Positions 8,454-18,748 of a stretch of DNA of 64,000 bases are shown piece after piece. Numbering within the stretch: position 1 is the stretch's first letter; the number at the start of each line of letters is the position of its first letter. The DNA is from Gemmatimonas sp. (GTDB taxonomy: Bacteria > Gemmatimonadota > Gemmatimonadetes > Gemmatimonadales > Gemmatimonadaceae), in contig JANNVQ010000040.1 in assembly GCA_031414535.1 (NCBI GenBank), positions 32,001-96,000 on the forward strand, in the 5' to 3' direction. The notes beneath the pieces were generated by a model. The model was not told where the DNA came from and made no database searches. It saw only the letters and a list, made by a program, of their open reading frames with translations. The position numbers and the translations under genes are program-made.

Positions 8454-10996
8454 AGGCTCCCATCTCTACGCTCTTCCGCCTCGCGTGGCGGGAGAGCCGC
8501 ACCGCGCGCAAGCGCCTGTTGCTCTACATGAGCAGCATCTCGCTGGGCGTCGCGGCACTCGTCGCCATCGATTCGTTCGCGGCCAATGTGCAGCGCTCAA
8601 TCAAAGAGCAGTCGCGCACGCTGATGGGTGGTGACGTCAATCTGCGCGCGCGGCAGTTCTTTAGTCCGGCAGCGGATTCCCTCCTCGACTCGCTCGCGAC
8701 GGCAGGCTTCCCCTACGCCAAGGTAACGAGCTTCGCTTCGATGGCGAGCGCGCAACCCAGCGGCAACACGCGGCTCACGCAGGTGCGCGCAGTGACGGAA
8801 GGCTTCCCGTTTTACGGGGAAGTGCTCACCGAGCCGGCGAATCAGTGGAAGGACCTGCACGTGGGCAATGCGGTGATGGTGGACCCCTCGCTGCTCATCG
8901 GTCTCGATGCGCGCGTTGGTGATTCGCTCCAGATCGGCTACGCACGCTTCGAGATTCGTGCGTCCATCACCAACATTCCCGGCGATCCCGGCATCGCGGC
9001 CACGATTGGGCCTCGCGTATTCATCTCTGCCAAGAACCTCGCCGCGACCGGCCTGCTCGGGCTCGGCGCTCGCGCCGAGTACGAGGCGGTACTCAAGTTG
9101 CCCGAGGGCACGCGCACGCCCATTTGGGTAGCGCCACTGCGACCCAAGTTCGAAAAGGCCAACATTCGGCTGCGCACGGTCGAAGAACGTGAAGGAGATC
9201 TCACGGAAGCCATCGAGCAGTTAGCACGCTTCCTTTCGGTAGTGGGACTCATTGCCCTGTTGCTCGGTGGCATTGGCGTGGCCAGCGGCGTCAACGCGTT
9301 CGTACAACGAAAAATTGATACCGTCGCGGTGCTGCGATGCTTAGGCGCATCAAGCGCACAGGTCCTCACGATCTATCTCGTGCAGGCTGCCGTGATGGGC
9401 TTTGTGGGCGCTGCGGCGGGAGTCGTGTTGGGTGTCGGTATTCAGTTCGGGCTACCGGTGTTGCTCGGCGATTTCCTGCCTGTGGACGTGACGGTGGCCT
9501 TAGTGCCCAATGCAATCCTGCTGGGTCTTGGCATCGGCGTGTGGGTGGCCGTCGTGTTCGCGCTGCGTCCGCTGCTCGTGCTGCGACGCGTGTCGCCGCT
9601 ACAGGCCATCCGGCGCGACGATGACGCGCTGGATGAATCACGCCGCAGAGACTCACTGACGCAGATCACCAACCTCGCACTCGTTGCGAGTGTGTTTGGC
9701 TTGGCTATCAACCGCGCCGAGACGCTCGAGCAGGGTGTGTTCTTCGCCCTCGGTGTGTTCTTGTCTATCGGCCTGCTGTGGTTCAGCGCGGTGATGCTCT
9801 CGAAACTGACGCGCCGTTTGATTTCGCCGCGTTGGCCTTACGTGCTGCGCCAGGGTGTGGCCAACTTGCATCGTCCGGCGGCGCAGACGCAGGCGGTGGT
9901 CTTGGCACTGGGATTTGGCTCCTTCCTCGTGACGACCATTATCCTCGTGCAGGCGAACCTGCTCAAGGCGTTTGATCTCACGGCCGCGAACTCGCGCGGC
10001 AATCTCGTGTTCTTCGACGTGCAGAACGATCAACGCGAAGGCCTCTCGACACTCGTCACGTCCAACGGGCATGCCTTGGTGAGCGAAACGCCGATCGTGA
10101 CTATGCGATTCGCGGGCGGTAATGGACTGAACGCCGAGGATTGGGCCGAGAAGGTAGGCATCCCGGCGCGCAACTGGGCCATTCGCCGCGAGTATCGCTC
10201 CACCTATCGCGATTCCACGGTGGAGACGGAGACCCTACTCAGCGGCAAATGGTTTGGGGACCGCGAGTTGGCACCGGGCCTCTATGAGGTCTCGCTCGAA
10301 CGCGACATCACCGCCGAACTGAAGGCAACTGTGGGCGACACGCTGGTGTGGGACGTGCAGGGCGTGCAAATCCGCACGATTCTCACCAGCACACGCGAAG
10401 TGGACTGGGGTCGCTTTGAACCCAACTTCTTTGCGGTCTTCCCGACGGCCGCGTTGAAGGGAGCGCCAGCGCAGTTCGTCACCATCGCCGCCGTCGCAAG
10501 CGACACCGCGGTTGCGCGCTTGCAGCGCGAGGCCGTGCGCAGCTATCCGAACGTGTCGAGCATTGACCTCTCACTCGTGCGTGGCACCATCACACAGATC
10601 GTGAGCAAGGTCACGCTGACGGTGCGATTCCTCGCGCTGTTCTCGCTAGCGATGGGCATCCCGGTGCTCTTCTCCGCCGTGGCGGCCACGCGACGCGATC
10701 GTTTGCGCGAGGGCGTGTTGCTCAAGACGCTCGGCGCAACGCGCGCACAGATTGGGCGCATCCTGCTCGCGGAATACGCGGTACTTGGCGTGCTTGGAAG
10801 TCTCACGGGTATGGTCTTGGCCGTTGGCGGCGCTTGGGGTCTGGTTACCTTTGTGTTCCAAGGCACCTTCGCCTTCGCGGCATTGCCCGCGTTTGGGATT
10901 GCCGCGGCGATGACGGGACTCGCGATATCCATTGGCCTGCTCACCGGGCGCGACGTGTTCCGCGAAACCCCGATGGCCGCGTTGCGCGAGAACTAG
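8450..10996 (+). CDS. ybbP: FtsX-family ABC permease, YbbP-like
   Basis: 848 aa; two FtsX-like halves (LRCLGAS, LKTLGATR); tesA-ybbA-ybbP synteny. Confidence 0.85.
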   Translation: MKAPISTLFRLAWRESRTARKRLLLYMSSISLGVAALVAIDSFAANVQRSIKEQSRTLMGGDVNLRARQFFSPAADSLLDSLATAGFPYAKVTSFASMASAQPSGNTRLTQVRAVTEGFPFYGEVLTEPANQWKDLHVGNAVMVDPSLLIGLDARVGDSLQIGYARFEIRASITNIPGDPGIAATIGPRVFISAKNLAATGLLGLGARAEYEAVLKLPEGTRTPIWVAPLRPKFEKANIRLRTVEEREGDLTEAIEQLARFLSVVGLIALLLGGIGVASGVNAFVQRKIDTVAVLRCLGASSAQVLTIYLVQAAVMGFVGAAAGVVLGVGIQFGLPVLLGDFLPVDVTVALVPNAILLGLGIGVWVAVVFALRPLLVLRRVSPLQAIRRDDDALDESRRRDSLTQITNLALVASVFGLAINRAETLEQGVFFALGVFLSIGLLWFSAVMLSKLTRRLISPRWPYVLRQGVANLHRPAAQTQAVVLALGFGSFLVTTIILVQANLLKAFDLTAANSRGNLVFFDVQNDQREGLSTLVTSNGHALVSETPIVTMRFAGGNGLNAEDWAEKVGIPARNWAIRREYRSTYRDSTVETETLLSGKWFGDRELAPGLYEVSLERDITAELKATVGDTLVWDVQGVQIRTILTSTREVDWGRFEPNFFAVFPTAALKGAPAQFVTIAAVASDTAVARLQREAVRSYPNVSSIDLSLVRGTITQIVSKVTLTVRFLALFSLAMGIPVLFSAVAATRRDRLREGVLLKTLGATRAQIGRILLAEYAVLGVLGSLTGMVLAVGGAWGLVTFVFQGTFAFAALPAFGIAAAMTGLAISIGLLTGRDVFRETPMAALREN

Positions 10997-11024
10997 GCGC
11001 GCAGCCGCCGCGCAGCCGCTACGC

Positions 11025-13544
11025 TCAGTTGACGCGGAGGATGGCGAGGCGCGCCGTGCTGGGAGGCGGCGCGCCGTTCGTTGCACTCAAGCTGATAAAG
11101 CGCCGCGTGCCGGCCGCGCCCGGCGTGACTCTGACGAGTTGAAATCCGCCGGGTGCGAGCTCCGATACCGTAAGCGTAAAGTTTCCGACCGGCGCGAGTG
11201 CCTGCAGCGGATGCGCACGCGAGTAGCGTGTGTCGGTGGCGATCGCGGTGCCGCAAGGACCGAGGTCCCCGCACAGGCCAGCAAAAATGCTGCTCAGATT
11301 CCACGAGGGGAACCGCAGTGTCGGATCCGCGCTTGTGGTCGCGGCGCGTCCATCCGTGGCCAGCGCCAGCGACCAACGGCCGAGCATCTGCTCCCAGGTG
11401 CGGCCCGCGCGAGCTTCCAGATTGGCGACGCCGGACTGTGGATTCACCGTCAACTGCTGCGTGAATGTCGCCTCGGCAGTGGCGCTATGGTCCATGGCCC
11501 AGCGCAGCAAAGACCATCCGCTGCCGTAGTACGAGAAGTCGCCACCGGTGAGGGCGCCCAAGGGAGAGCGCGCGCTCGGTGCGCTCAGGAAATCCCAGAG
11601 GCCATCGAAAGTCGGCTTCATGAGCGCTGGGGTGTCGGCGCAGGTCCCATCGCCGCGGGCGGCGAGAATCTCACAGCGAATCGTGGCGTACTCTGTGTCG
11701 CCAGTGGCGCTGGCAGAGGTTAGGGCCCGCGTGAACAATTCCTCCGCGTGCTGTGCGGTGGCTTCCTCGAGCCATGACTCCTCAAGCGGAAGGTTGCGCA
11801 CGATGCGTTCGGCGAAGCTGACGACGTGTTTGAGTTCATGGGCGACCGTTCCGCGCACGGTATGCCGCCAACGCCTGATGGCCACGGCTGCATCCAGATC
11901 GCCGGAGAGTGTTGGGACCTGCAGGTAGAGCATCTCCCCGAAGTTGCTAGCGGCAAACTGTGAGCGGGCAAAGAAATCACAGGTTACGACGGCGCCAAAC
12001 ACCGCTCCGCCGCGCATCGCGTTCAGTTCCGGCGTCAGCGCGATGACGATGCGGTTGTTTCCATCGAGCCTGCCGTCCATCACCAAGGGATCGCCGAAGC
12101 GCGTAATGATGGGCCAGACGAGGTTGTCTATCTCTGCGCCAAGGCGTTGGATGGCGACGTCCATCTGCCCCGCGAGCAACGGTGTGGAGCCGAGGCGTGT
12201 GGCGGTATCCTCCACGATGTACACACGGCTTCCGGCGTATACGGTGCGCGCTTGAATGCTGCGGTACGTGGTGCAGATGTTGGCTGCGTCGAGATTCGGG
12301 ACGCGCACCGCGGTGAGCTCTCCGATGGGAGCGACTTGGAGTTCCGACATCACCGACGCTGAAATGCGCTCAGCGAGGGCTTTGCGCGAGGCCTCCATAA
12401 TTGCGAGGTGCGCGTCGCTGACTCTCGGCGTAGCGGAAGACGCTACCGCTTGAATGCTCAGCGGTGTGGCAATCCCAGCTCTCGCCTCGAAGCTGAGGTT
12501 CAGCGACCCTGCGCCCAGCGCACGCGCCGTGTTCAGGATGGATACCAGGTACTCGCCTTCGCCGGGAAGCTCGAGGCAACGCAGATCGCCAGCGCCCGTG
12601 AGTACAAGCGCCTCACCGACGGCGGGAGCGCGTTGCGGTGCGAGTTCGAGCCCCGCGCTAATCGCCGCAACGCCACCGAGTGCGGTGACCTGTACCGCGA
12701 CGGTTGCGGTGGGGAGGCAGGGGAGCGTAGTCGTATTGAGCCGCGCCGTGATGAGCGAATCGTTCACCGTGAGTAGCTGCGCCGGCCGACCGTCGACGTA
12801 TACCGAGGTCCCGGTCCCCGTGGGCTGCAATTGCGAACCGCGGATGGTGAATGTTGTACCCGGACCAATCAGCGCGGGCGAAATAGACGCAATCATGGGC
12901 GCTGTGGCGCTCGGAGCCGGCGCCACGCGCACGATGACATCGCGCGACGCGCCATCTGCAAACACGCGAATAACGGCTCGCCCCACCGCCACTGGAGTCA
13001 CAACTCCGAGTGCGTTGACGGACGCGATGCGCGGCGCGTCACTGGTCCACACGAGTGGCGCGCCGATGATTTCCTGACCGGATGCGTCAAACGGCGTTGC
13101 CGAGAGCTGTGCAGTTGAGCCCGGCAGAATCAAGGAGACTGAGTCCGTACTTGGCACGAGCGTCACAGCCGGTGGATTCACCAACTGCAACTCGCGCTCA
13201 GCGACGACGCGCCCCACTGAGGCACGCACGACGCCCACGCCAGGGGCAAGCGCGAGGAGTCCACCTGCGGCATCCACAGAAAGCTTTGTCGGCGTGAGCG
13301 ACTTCCATTTCACGGGCCCAGCAGATGGATCATCGACGACTTCGCCCGCGCCATTGACCACGACGGCCAGAGCTTGAAGCAACACACCTGGGCGCAGGGT
13401 GTCGGAATAGAGCACAATGGCAACACGCCGCACATCACCTGGCGCGATGGCCGACTCGCACCCCAAGAGCGACGCGAGCAGCGTCAGCCCAAAGAGCCAC
13501 TTCGCGGGCACAAGACCCGCGCCGGGAGCGGGGAATCGGCGCAT
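11025..13544 (-). CDS. Lipoprotein with Ig-like (Big_2), IPT/TIG and zincin metallopeptidase-like domains
   Basis: Lipobox LLGC; WTSDAPRIASV Ig motif; HELKH...WLEEATA. Confidence 0.75.
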   Translation of the reverse strand: MRRFPAPGAGLVPAKWLFGLTLLASLLGCESAIAPGDVRRVAIVLYSDTLRPGVLLQALAVVVNGAGEVVDDPSAGPVKWKSLTPTKLSVDAAGGLLALAPGVGVVRASVGRVVAERELQLVNPPAVTLVPSTDSVSLILPGSTAQLSATPFDASGQEIIGAPLVWTSDAPRIASVNALGVVTPVAVGRAVIRVFADGASRDVIVRVAPAPSATAPMIASISPALIGPGTTFTIRGSQLQPTGTGTSVYVDGRPAQLLTVNDSLITARLNTTTLPCLPTATVAVQVTALGGVAAISAGLELAPQRAPAVGEALVLTGAGDLRCLELPGEGEYLVSILNTARALGAGSLNLSFEARAGIATPLSIQAVASSATPRVSDAHLAIMEASRKALAERISASVMSELQVAPIGELTAVRVPNLDAANICTTYRSIQARTVYAGSRVYIVEDTATRLGSTPLLAGQMDVAIQRLGAEIDNLVWPIITRFGDPLVMDGRLDGNNRIVIALTPELNAMRGGAVFGAVVTCDFFARSQFAASNFGEMLYLQVPTLSGDLDAAVAIRRWRHTVRGTVAHELKHVVSFAERIVRNLPLEESWLEEATAQHAEELFTRALTSASATGDTEYATIRCEILAARGDGTCADTPALMKPTFDGLWDFLSAPSARSPLGALTGGDFSYYGSGWSLLRWAMDHSATAEATFTQQLTVNPQSGVANLEARAGRTWEQMLGRWSLALATDGRAATTSADPTLRFPSWNLSSIFAGLCGDLGPCGTAIATDTRYSRAHPLQALAPVGNFTLTVSELAPGGFQLVRVTPGAAGTRRFISLSATNGAPPPSTARLAILRVN

Positions 13545-13610
13545 TGTGATGTTCTTACCTTATGCAAACCCCAACTCCCGCGCCACCGTTCCGCGCGTAG
13601 ATTCTCGACT

Positions 13611-14168
13611 ATGCGCATCTCGCCCAGAGAGTGGTCGGCCGGTCGGAGCTGGCAATGGCGCGCGCCGCTGTTCGTGCTGCTGCTCTGGCAGGCCACCAAA
13701 CCCCTACGCGAGGCGGGCCCCAGCCTCTTTGGCGGCATCACGTTTGGCGCCCACGAGTTCGGCCACCTGTTCTTCGCATTCTTCGGCGAGTGGATGGGCA
13801 TCGCAGGCGGTTCCCTGATGCAATTGCTTATCCCCATCGGCGCCGCGGCCGTAGTACTCCGCTCGCGCGACTGGTTCGGCGCAGCAGTCTGCGGTCTCTT
13901 TCTCGCGTCCAGCCTCGGTGATCTTTCGTGGTACGTAGCCGATGCGCGTGCGCTAGAGCTGGACCTCGTGAGCTTCTCGCCAGATGGCGGCGAGCACGAC
14001 TGGCAATATCTGCTGAGTCACGCGGGTCTTCTCAAGCACGATCAAACGCTCGCCCGCCTCGCCCGACTCCTTGGCTGGATGTTGGTCTTCACATCCAGCC
14101 TGTTTGCCGCACGTCTGTTTTATTGGATGGCGACGGAGAAGCCTACGCCTAGCGAGTCCGACACCTAG
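13611..14168 (+). CDS. Membrane protein with HExGH motif (M50-like)
   Basis: HEFGH in TM context; leaderless-type start TAGATT-N7-ATG. Confidence 0.7.
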   Translation: MRISPREWSAGRSWQWRAPLFVLLLWQATKPLREAGPSLFGGITFGAHEFGHLFFAFFGEWMGIAGGSLMQLLIPIGAAAVVLRSRDWFGAAVCGLFLASSLGDLSWYVADARALELDLVSFSPDGGEHDWQYLLSHAGLLKHDQTLARLARLLGWMLVFTSSLFAARLFYWMATEKPTPSESDT

Positions 14169-14418
14169 GCCGCTCCGGCGGGCGGCCAGCGCACTGAATG
14201 CTTTCCGCCATGCCGGCAGAGATTGTTCCGCACGCCGTGTTGACCGCCGTCTTCAAGGCCTCGGCCTCATCCACGCCTGACGCGCTCGCGCAGTTCGTCT
14301 TGCCGTTGAAGGTCACGCAGGCATCGCACTCCACCTGCTGCGCACTCAGCGTGGAATACAGCAACAGGCCGGCGAAGCCGACCGCGATAATAATCGTGAT
14401 GATCGTGCTCTTTTTCAT
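14149..14418 (-). CDS. Small Cys-rich exported/anchored protein
   Basis: N-terminal TM, 6 Cys; start abuts upstream stop. Confidence 0.7.
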   Translation of the reverse strand: MKKSTIITIIIAVGFAGLLLYSTLSAQQVECDACVTFNGKTNCASASGVDEAEALKTAVNTACGTISAGMAESIQCAGRPPERPRCRTR

Positions 14419-15594
14419 CTACTGGGAACCGGTGGGATTGATGCGCATCGAACCTGGGAGGGCGTCGAGCAACGGCCGCAAGTCGGTTGCGCGGTCCAGC
14501 GAAGTGACGAAGGTTAGTCCATCAAGTGTGACGACGAGCATTCGCGACACGCCATACACAACGACGGTCCCACGCTCGGCGTGGACCACGTTGCAATCGG
14601 CCTCGACAAAGTGGACGTTGCCCACGGCTCCGTTGCCGTCGTCGTCCAGATCCCGCGCCCGGCGCAGCGAGGCCCAGGTACCGACGTCGTCCCAGCCAAA
14701 CTCGCCTTGAATGACGAGCAGGCGCTGAGTGCGCTCGAGAAGTCCACGCTCCAACGACGTAGCACGCACCATGCCGACGAAGGAGGGAAGGTTCCCGTGT
14801 TGCAGTGAATCGAGTCCGCCGCTGACTTCGGGCGTGTGGGCACGTAACTCGCTGAGGATGGTCTCAGCGGCACCCACGAGGATTCCCGAGTGCCAACGCG
14901 CGCCGGACTTGATGAGCCGCTCCGCCTCGTGCTCGCTCGGCTTCTCCGTGTAGGCAAGCGTCGTGGCCACCCCGCCCCGCGCGAGCGGAGTATCGAGGTC
15001 GAGTGCAGGGCCTGGCATCACATAGCCAAAACCCGTTTCGGGGCGCGACGGCTGAATGCCAATGGACACCAGCGCGCCCTCGCGGGCCGCGTACGCGCCA
15101 GCGCGACGCAGCGTCTGACGAAACTCCTGAGCAAAATCCACGGCGAGATCGGCGTGAATGGCAACGCACATAGCCGAGGGGCCCGCTCGACGCGACAACT
15201 CCTGCGCCCCCCAAGCCAGCGCGGCCGCCGTGCCCAACGGGTGCGGCTCCACAAGCACATTCTCATCAGGAACGTCCTTCGTCACCGAACGAATGGCCGG
15301 CGCGATGTCGCGACTCGTGAGAATCAAGACGCGCTCGGGCGGAATGGCCGGCTGCAGGCGTCCCACCGTTTCCTCAATCAGTGTCTGCTCGGACACCAGC
15401 GCGAGCAGCGGCTTGGGACGCGCTGGCGTAGACAGCGGCCAAAAGCGAGAGCCGATGCCGCCAGCGAAGACGATGGCCCACAGCGTGACGTCCGTCTCCG
15501 GTTCACTGAATGCGACGGGTTGTTCGGCGGGCATAGTGCCCACTGCTGACGCGCTGGACGAGCTGACGCTGGGCTTGTTACCGGGAATCGACAT
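14419..15594 (-). CDS. manC: Mannose-1-phosphate guanylyltransferase
   Basis: AGGIGSRFWPLS...PK, PETGFGY, EKP, WDDVGTW. Confidence 0.88.
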   Translation of the reverse strand: MSIPGNKPSVSSSSASAVGTMPAEQPVAFSEPETDVTLWAIVFAGGIGSRFWPLSTPARPKPLLALVSEQTLIEETVGRLQPAIPPERVLILTSRDIAPAIRSVTKDVPDENVLVEPHPLGTAAALAWGAQELSRRAGPSAMCVAIHADLAVDFAQEFRQTLRRAGAYAAREGALVSIGIQPSRPETGFGYVMPGPALDLDTPLARGGVATTLAYTEKPSEHEAERLIKSGARWHSGILVGAAETILSELRAHTPEVSGGLDSLQHGNLPSFVGMVRATSLERGLLERTQRLLVIQGEFGWDDVGTWASLRRARDLDDDGNGAVGNVHFVEADCNVVHAERGTVVVYGVSRMLVVTLDGLTFVTSLDRATDLRPLLDALPGSMRINPTGSQ

Positions 15595-15643
15595 ATCTCA
15601 AAAACCTAGAAGGGGCTCAGCGTCATCGCCACGGCTCGGCCAA

Positions 15644-16963
15644 TTAACCGAGCACGAGAATGCCAACCGCGGCCACTGCCCACACTAGCAGCATGCCCGG
15701 TATCGCGAACTTGAGCCAACGGCCGTACGAGACTTTGGCATTCAACAGCATAGCGAAGAGCGCGCCGTTTGTAGGATTCACCGCATCCGTGAACACGCCA
15801 CCGGCGGAAAATGCCAATACCGCCGCATCGCGCGTGAATCCCAGAAGATCAGCCAGTGGTGCCATGATGGGCATGGTCAAAATCGCTTGGCCGCTGGTGG
15901 AGGGCACGCCGATGTGAATGAGCGCGTGCGCGGGGATCATCAGAATGGCCGCCGCCTCTCCAGGCACGGCCTGCAGTGGGAGCACGATGCCCGCAATGAT
16001 GGTGTCAATCACCTTTCCATCCGTGAGCACCAAGCTGATGCCGCGCGCGACGCCAATAAGCACTGCGGCGCCCACCATGCCTTCCATGCCCTTGATGAAC
16101 CCAACGGCCGTCTCGGCGAGGCTGAGCCGTTGCAAGGCGCCCACGACGAACGCGCCCACGATGAATAGGGCCGAGAGCTCATTGATGCCCCAGCCCCAGC
16201 GCAGCACGCCGATAGCATAGCAGATGATGGGAATCACCAGTGCCACAAGCGAGAGGCCGTCGCGCCAGGTCGGCGGCTCCAGCGCTGGCGCGGCCACGTC
16301 CGCCAGCGCGTCGTCCTTCTTGGCTAGCGAGAGCGTGTAGGTCAGCCATACGGCCAGCGCGACCAGCAATACCGTGATGCGCAGCGGTGCCGCAGAGAGC
16401 GGCGTCAGCTCGGCGGCCTTGAGTGCCGCACCGGTGCCGAAGGGATTCGTTGGCCCGAACGCTGCGCCCACCATCGCGGAGCCCATGCTCATTGCGAGCG
16501 CCGTGATGGCACCAAAGCCGAGCCCTCGTGAGAGCACCACTAGCACGGGAATCAACGCGATGAACTCTTCATGCATCTGCTCGGCCGCGCCCAAGCTCGC
16601 GAAGATGAGGCCCAGCACCACCACGAGCACTCGAGGCCGCCGCGTGCGTCCGATCAGTGCGCCGAGGAGCCGAGCCAGAGCGCCGGTGGCATCGAGCAAC
16701 GTAAAGGCCGCCCCGGCCGCGAAGATGGTGAAGATCACCTCGGCGCCGTTCGCGAAGCCCCGTGGCACGGCCACCAGGGCGTCGAAGATGCCAACCGGCG
16801 CGGATGTGACCGTGGCGTAGGTGCCTGGCACTACGACGGCGGCTCCCGTGACGGCATCAATCCGCCGCTCGTACGAGCCAGCCGGCAGCCACCAGGTCAA
16901 CAGGGCCGCAAAAGCCACGCCCCCCAGCAGCAAGACGAGCGGGTGCGGCGCGCGAAGCGTCAC
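15644..16963 (-). CDS. YfcC/DcuC-like ion transporter family membrane protein
   Basis: PAGSYER, NPF, PSTSGQA..TMPIMAPL; many TMs. Confidence 0.85.
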   Translation of the reverse strand: MTLRAPHPLVLLLGGVAFAALLTWWLPAGSYERRIDAVTGAAVVVPGTYATVTSAPVGIFDALVAVPRGFANGAEVIFTIFAAGAAFTLLDATGALARLLGALIGRTRRPRVLVVVLGLIFASLGAAEQMHEEFIALIPVLVVLSRGLGFGAITALAMSMGSAMVGAAFGPTNPFGTGAALKAAELTPLSAAPLRITVLLVALAVWLTYTLSLAKKDDALADVAAPALEPPTWRDGLSLVALVIPIICYAIGVLRWGWGINELSALFIVGAFVVGALQRLSLAETAVGFIKGMEGMVGAAVLIGVARGISLVLTDGKVIDTIIAGIVLPLQAVPGEAAAILMIPAHALIHIGVPSTSGQAILTMPIMAPLADLLGFTRDAAVLAFSAGGVFTDAVNPTNGALFAMLLNAKVSYGRWLKFAIPGMLLVWAVAAVGILVLG

Positions 16964-17817
16964 GACTGCGTCGGTACGTGAGACGCTGCGGGAGGACGCG
17001 TGGGCTGCGGCTTTGGGCGGAACGGCATCGTGAGCAAAGCCGCGATGCTGCTGTGCTCCTTCGGGTCCATGTGCGTATCAATGCCGTATACGAGTTGCGC
17101 CCGATCAATCGTGCGGAAGGTGCCGAACATCCGGTCCCAGATTGAGAAGATGTTGCCGTAGTTGGAATCGGTGTGTGGCAGCACAAAGTGGTGATGCACC
17201 TTGTGCATGTTCGGCGAGACGATGACCCAACTGAGTGCGCGATCGAGCGCGGCAGGAATCGTGATATTGGCGTGGTTGAACTGGCTGAGCACCACGCTCA
17301 TCGCCTGATAGAGGAAGACCATCCACAGCGGCGCACCCACGATGACCACGGCGAGCGCCGTGAAGGCGAAACGCACCACGCTTTCACCCGGGTGATGACG
17401 ATTGGCCGTCGTGGTGTCTACGTGCGTATCGCTGTGATGCACGAGATGCAGCTTCCACAGCGGCGGCGTGTGATGCGAGACCCAGTGCGCGAGCCAGGCG
17501 GAAATGAGATCAAGCACCAGCAAGGCAACGAGCGTAGAGACCAACAGTGGCATGGCCGGCAACAGGAAAAGCAGGCCGAACTCTCGCGCGATGGCCCATT
17601 CCGACGCGCGTAGGAGCAGGAATGCCAACGCGAAATTGACGACGATGGTCGTGGCGGTGAAGAAGAAGTTCACCAAGGCGTGCGGCCACTTCCGGTACTG
17701 AAAGCGGAAGAGCGGCAACGCGGATTCCCAAATCCAGAAGCTGGCGATGCCGCCGGCGAGGATCAATGCGCGGTGCGACGAGGGGATGGTCGCGAAATAG
17801 TCTGCGATGGCATTCAT
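16960..17817 (-). CDS. Sterol desaturase/fatty acid hydroxylase family
   Basis: His boxes HWVSH, HLVHH, HKVHH; SNYG..FSIWDRMFGT. Confidence 0.9.
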   Translation of the reverse strand: MNAIADYFATIPSSHRALILAGGIASFWIWESALPLFRFQYRKWPHALVNFFFTATTIVVNFALAFLLLRASEWAIAREFGLLFLLPAMPLLVSTLVALLVLDLISAWLAHWVSHHTPPLWKLHLVHHSDTHVDTTTANRHHPGESVVRFAFTALAVVIVGAPLWMVFLYQAMSVVLSQFNHANITIPAALDRALSWVIVSPNMHKVHHHFVLPHTDSNYGNIFSIWDRMFGTFRTIDRAQLVYGIDTHMDPKEHSSIAALLTMPFRPKPQPTRPPAASHVPTQS

Positions 17818-17875
17818 AAGGAGAGCAATCTAGGTCGCCGGATGCACGGACCGCAGGACCGGGCAGCATCTGAAC

Positions 17876-17903
17876 TTGACAATAAGTTAGGACATCCTAA
17901 ATT
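17876..17903 (+). promoter_or_regulatory. Sigma70 promoter with DtxR/MntR-type operator in the spacer
   Basis: TTGACA-N16-TAAATT; TTAGG-ACAT-CCTAA at 17887-17900. Confidence 0.75.
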
Positions 17904-17909
17904 GACAGC

Positions 17910-18731
17910 ATGACTGGAATTCTCGAGTTCTTTGGCCGCACCGATCCCGTGATCGGCGCGCTGATTGCGACGACGTTCACTTGGCTGGTGACGGCAGCGG
18001 GCGCGTCGGTGGTGCTCTTCGTGCCCAACATGAGTCGGCAGTGGCTCGATGCCATGCTCGGCTTCACGGGCGGAGTTATGGTGGCGGCGAGCTTTTGGTC
18101 CCTGCTCGCCCCGGCCATCGAGATGAGCGAACGCATGGGCGTGCCCGGTTGGCTGCCCGCGGCCGTGGGATTCGGGGCCGGCGCAATGTTCATCTATGCG
18201 CTCGATAAAATCCTGCCGCATCTGCACCTCAACTTCGATACGTCCAAAACCGAGGGCGTGCAGACACCCTGGCATCGCACCACGCTACTCGTGCTAGCCA
18301 TCACGCTACACAACATCCCTGAAGGTCTCGCCGTCGGCGTGCTGTTTGGCGGTGTGGCGGCCGGCATGCCGGAGGCCACGATTGGCGGTGCGGTGGCACT
18401 CGCGATTGGCATTGGCTTGCAGAACTTTCCCGAGGGCATCGCCGTGTCCATGCCGCTGCGCCGGGCCGGCTTGGGCAAGTGGAAGAGCTTTGGCTTCGGT
18501 CAGGCCTCGGCGATGGTCGAGCCAGTGGCCGGAGTGGTAGGTGCTGCCGCGGTACTCTTTATGCAGCCCATCCTGCCCTATGCCTTGGCCTTCGCCGCTG
18601 GCGCCATGATTTACGTGGTCGTGGAGGAAGTGATTCCTGAGACCCAGCAAGCCGACAACACCGACATCGCCACGCTTGGCTTCATCGGCGGCTTCATCAT
18701 CATGATGATTCTGGACGTTGCGCTGGGCTGA
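17910..18731 (+). CDS. ZIP family divalent metal transporter (GufA/ZupT)
   Basis: HNIPEG, QNFPEG, EEVIPE motifs. Confidence 0.93.
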   Translation: MTGILEFFGRTDPVIGALIATTFTWLVTAAGASVVLFVPNMSRQWLDAMLGFTGGVMVAASFWSLLAPAIEMSERMGVPGWLPAAVGFGAGAMFIYALDKILPHLHLNFDTSKTEGVQTPWHRTTLLVLAITLHNIPEGLAVGVLFGGVAAGMPEATIGGAVALAIGIGLQNFPEGIAVSMPLRRAGLGKWKSFGFGQASAMVEPVAGVVGAAAVLFMQPILPYALAFAAGAMIYVVVEEVIPETQQADNTDIATLGFIGGFIIMMILDVALG

Positions 18732-18748
18732 GCCAGCGCAACGGTCAG

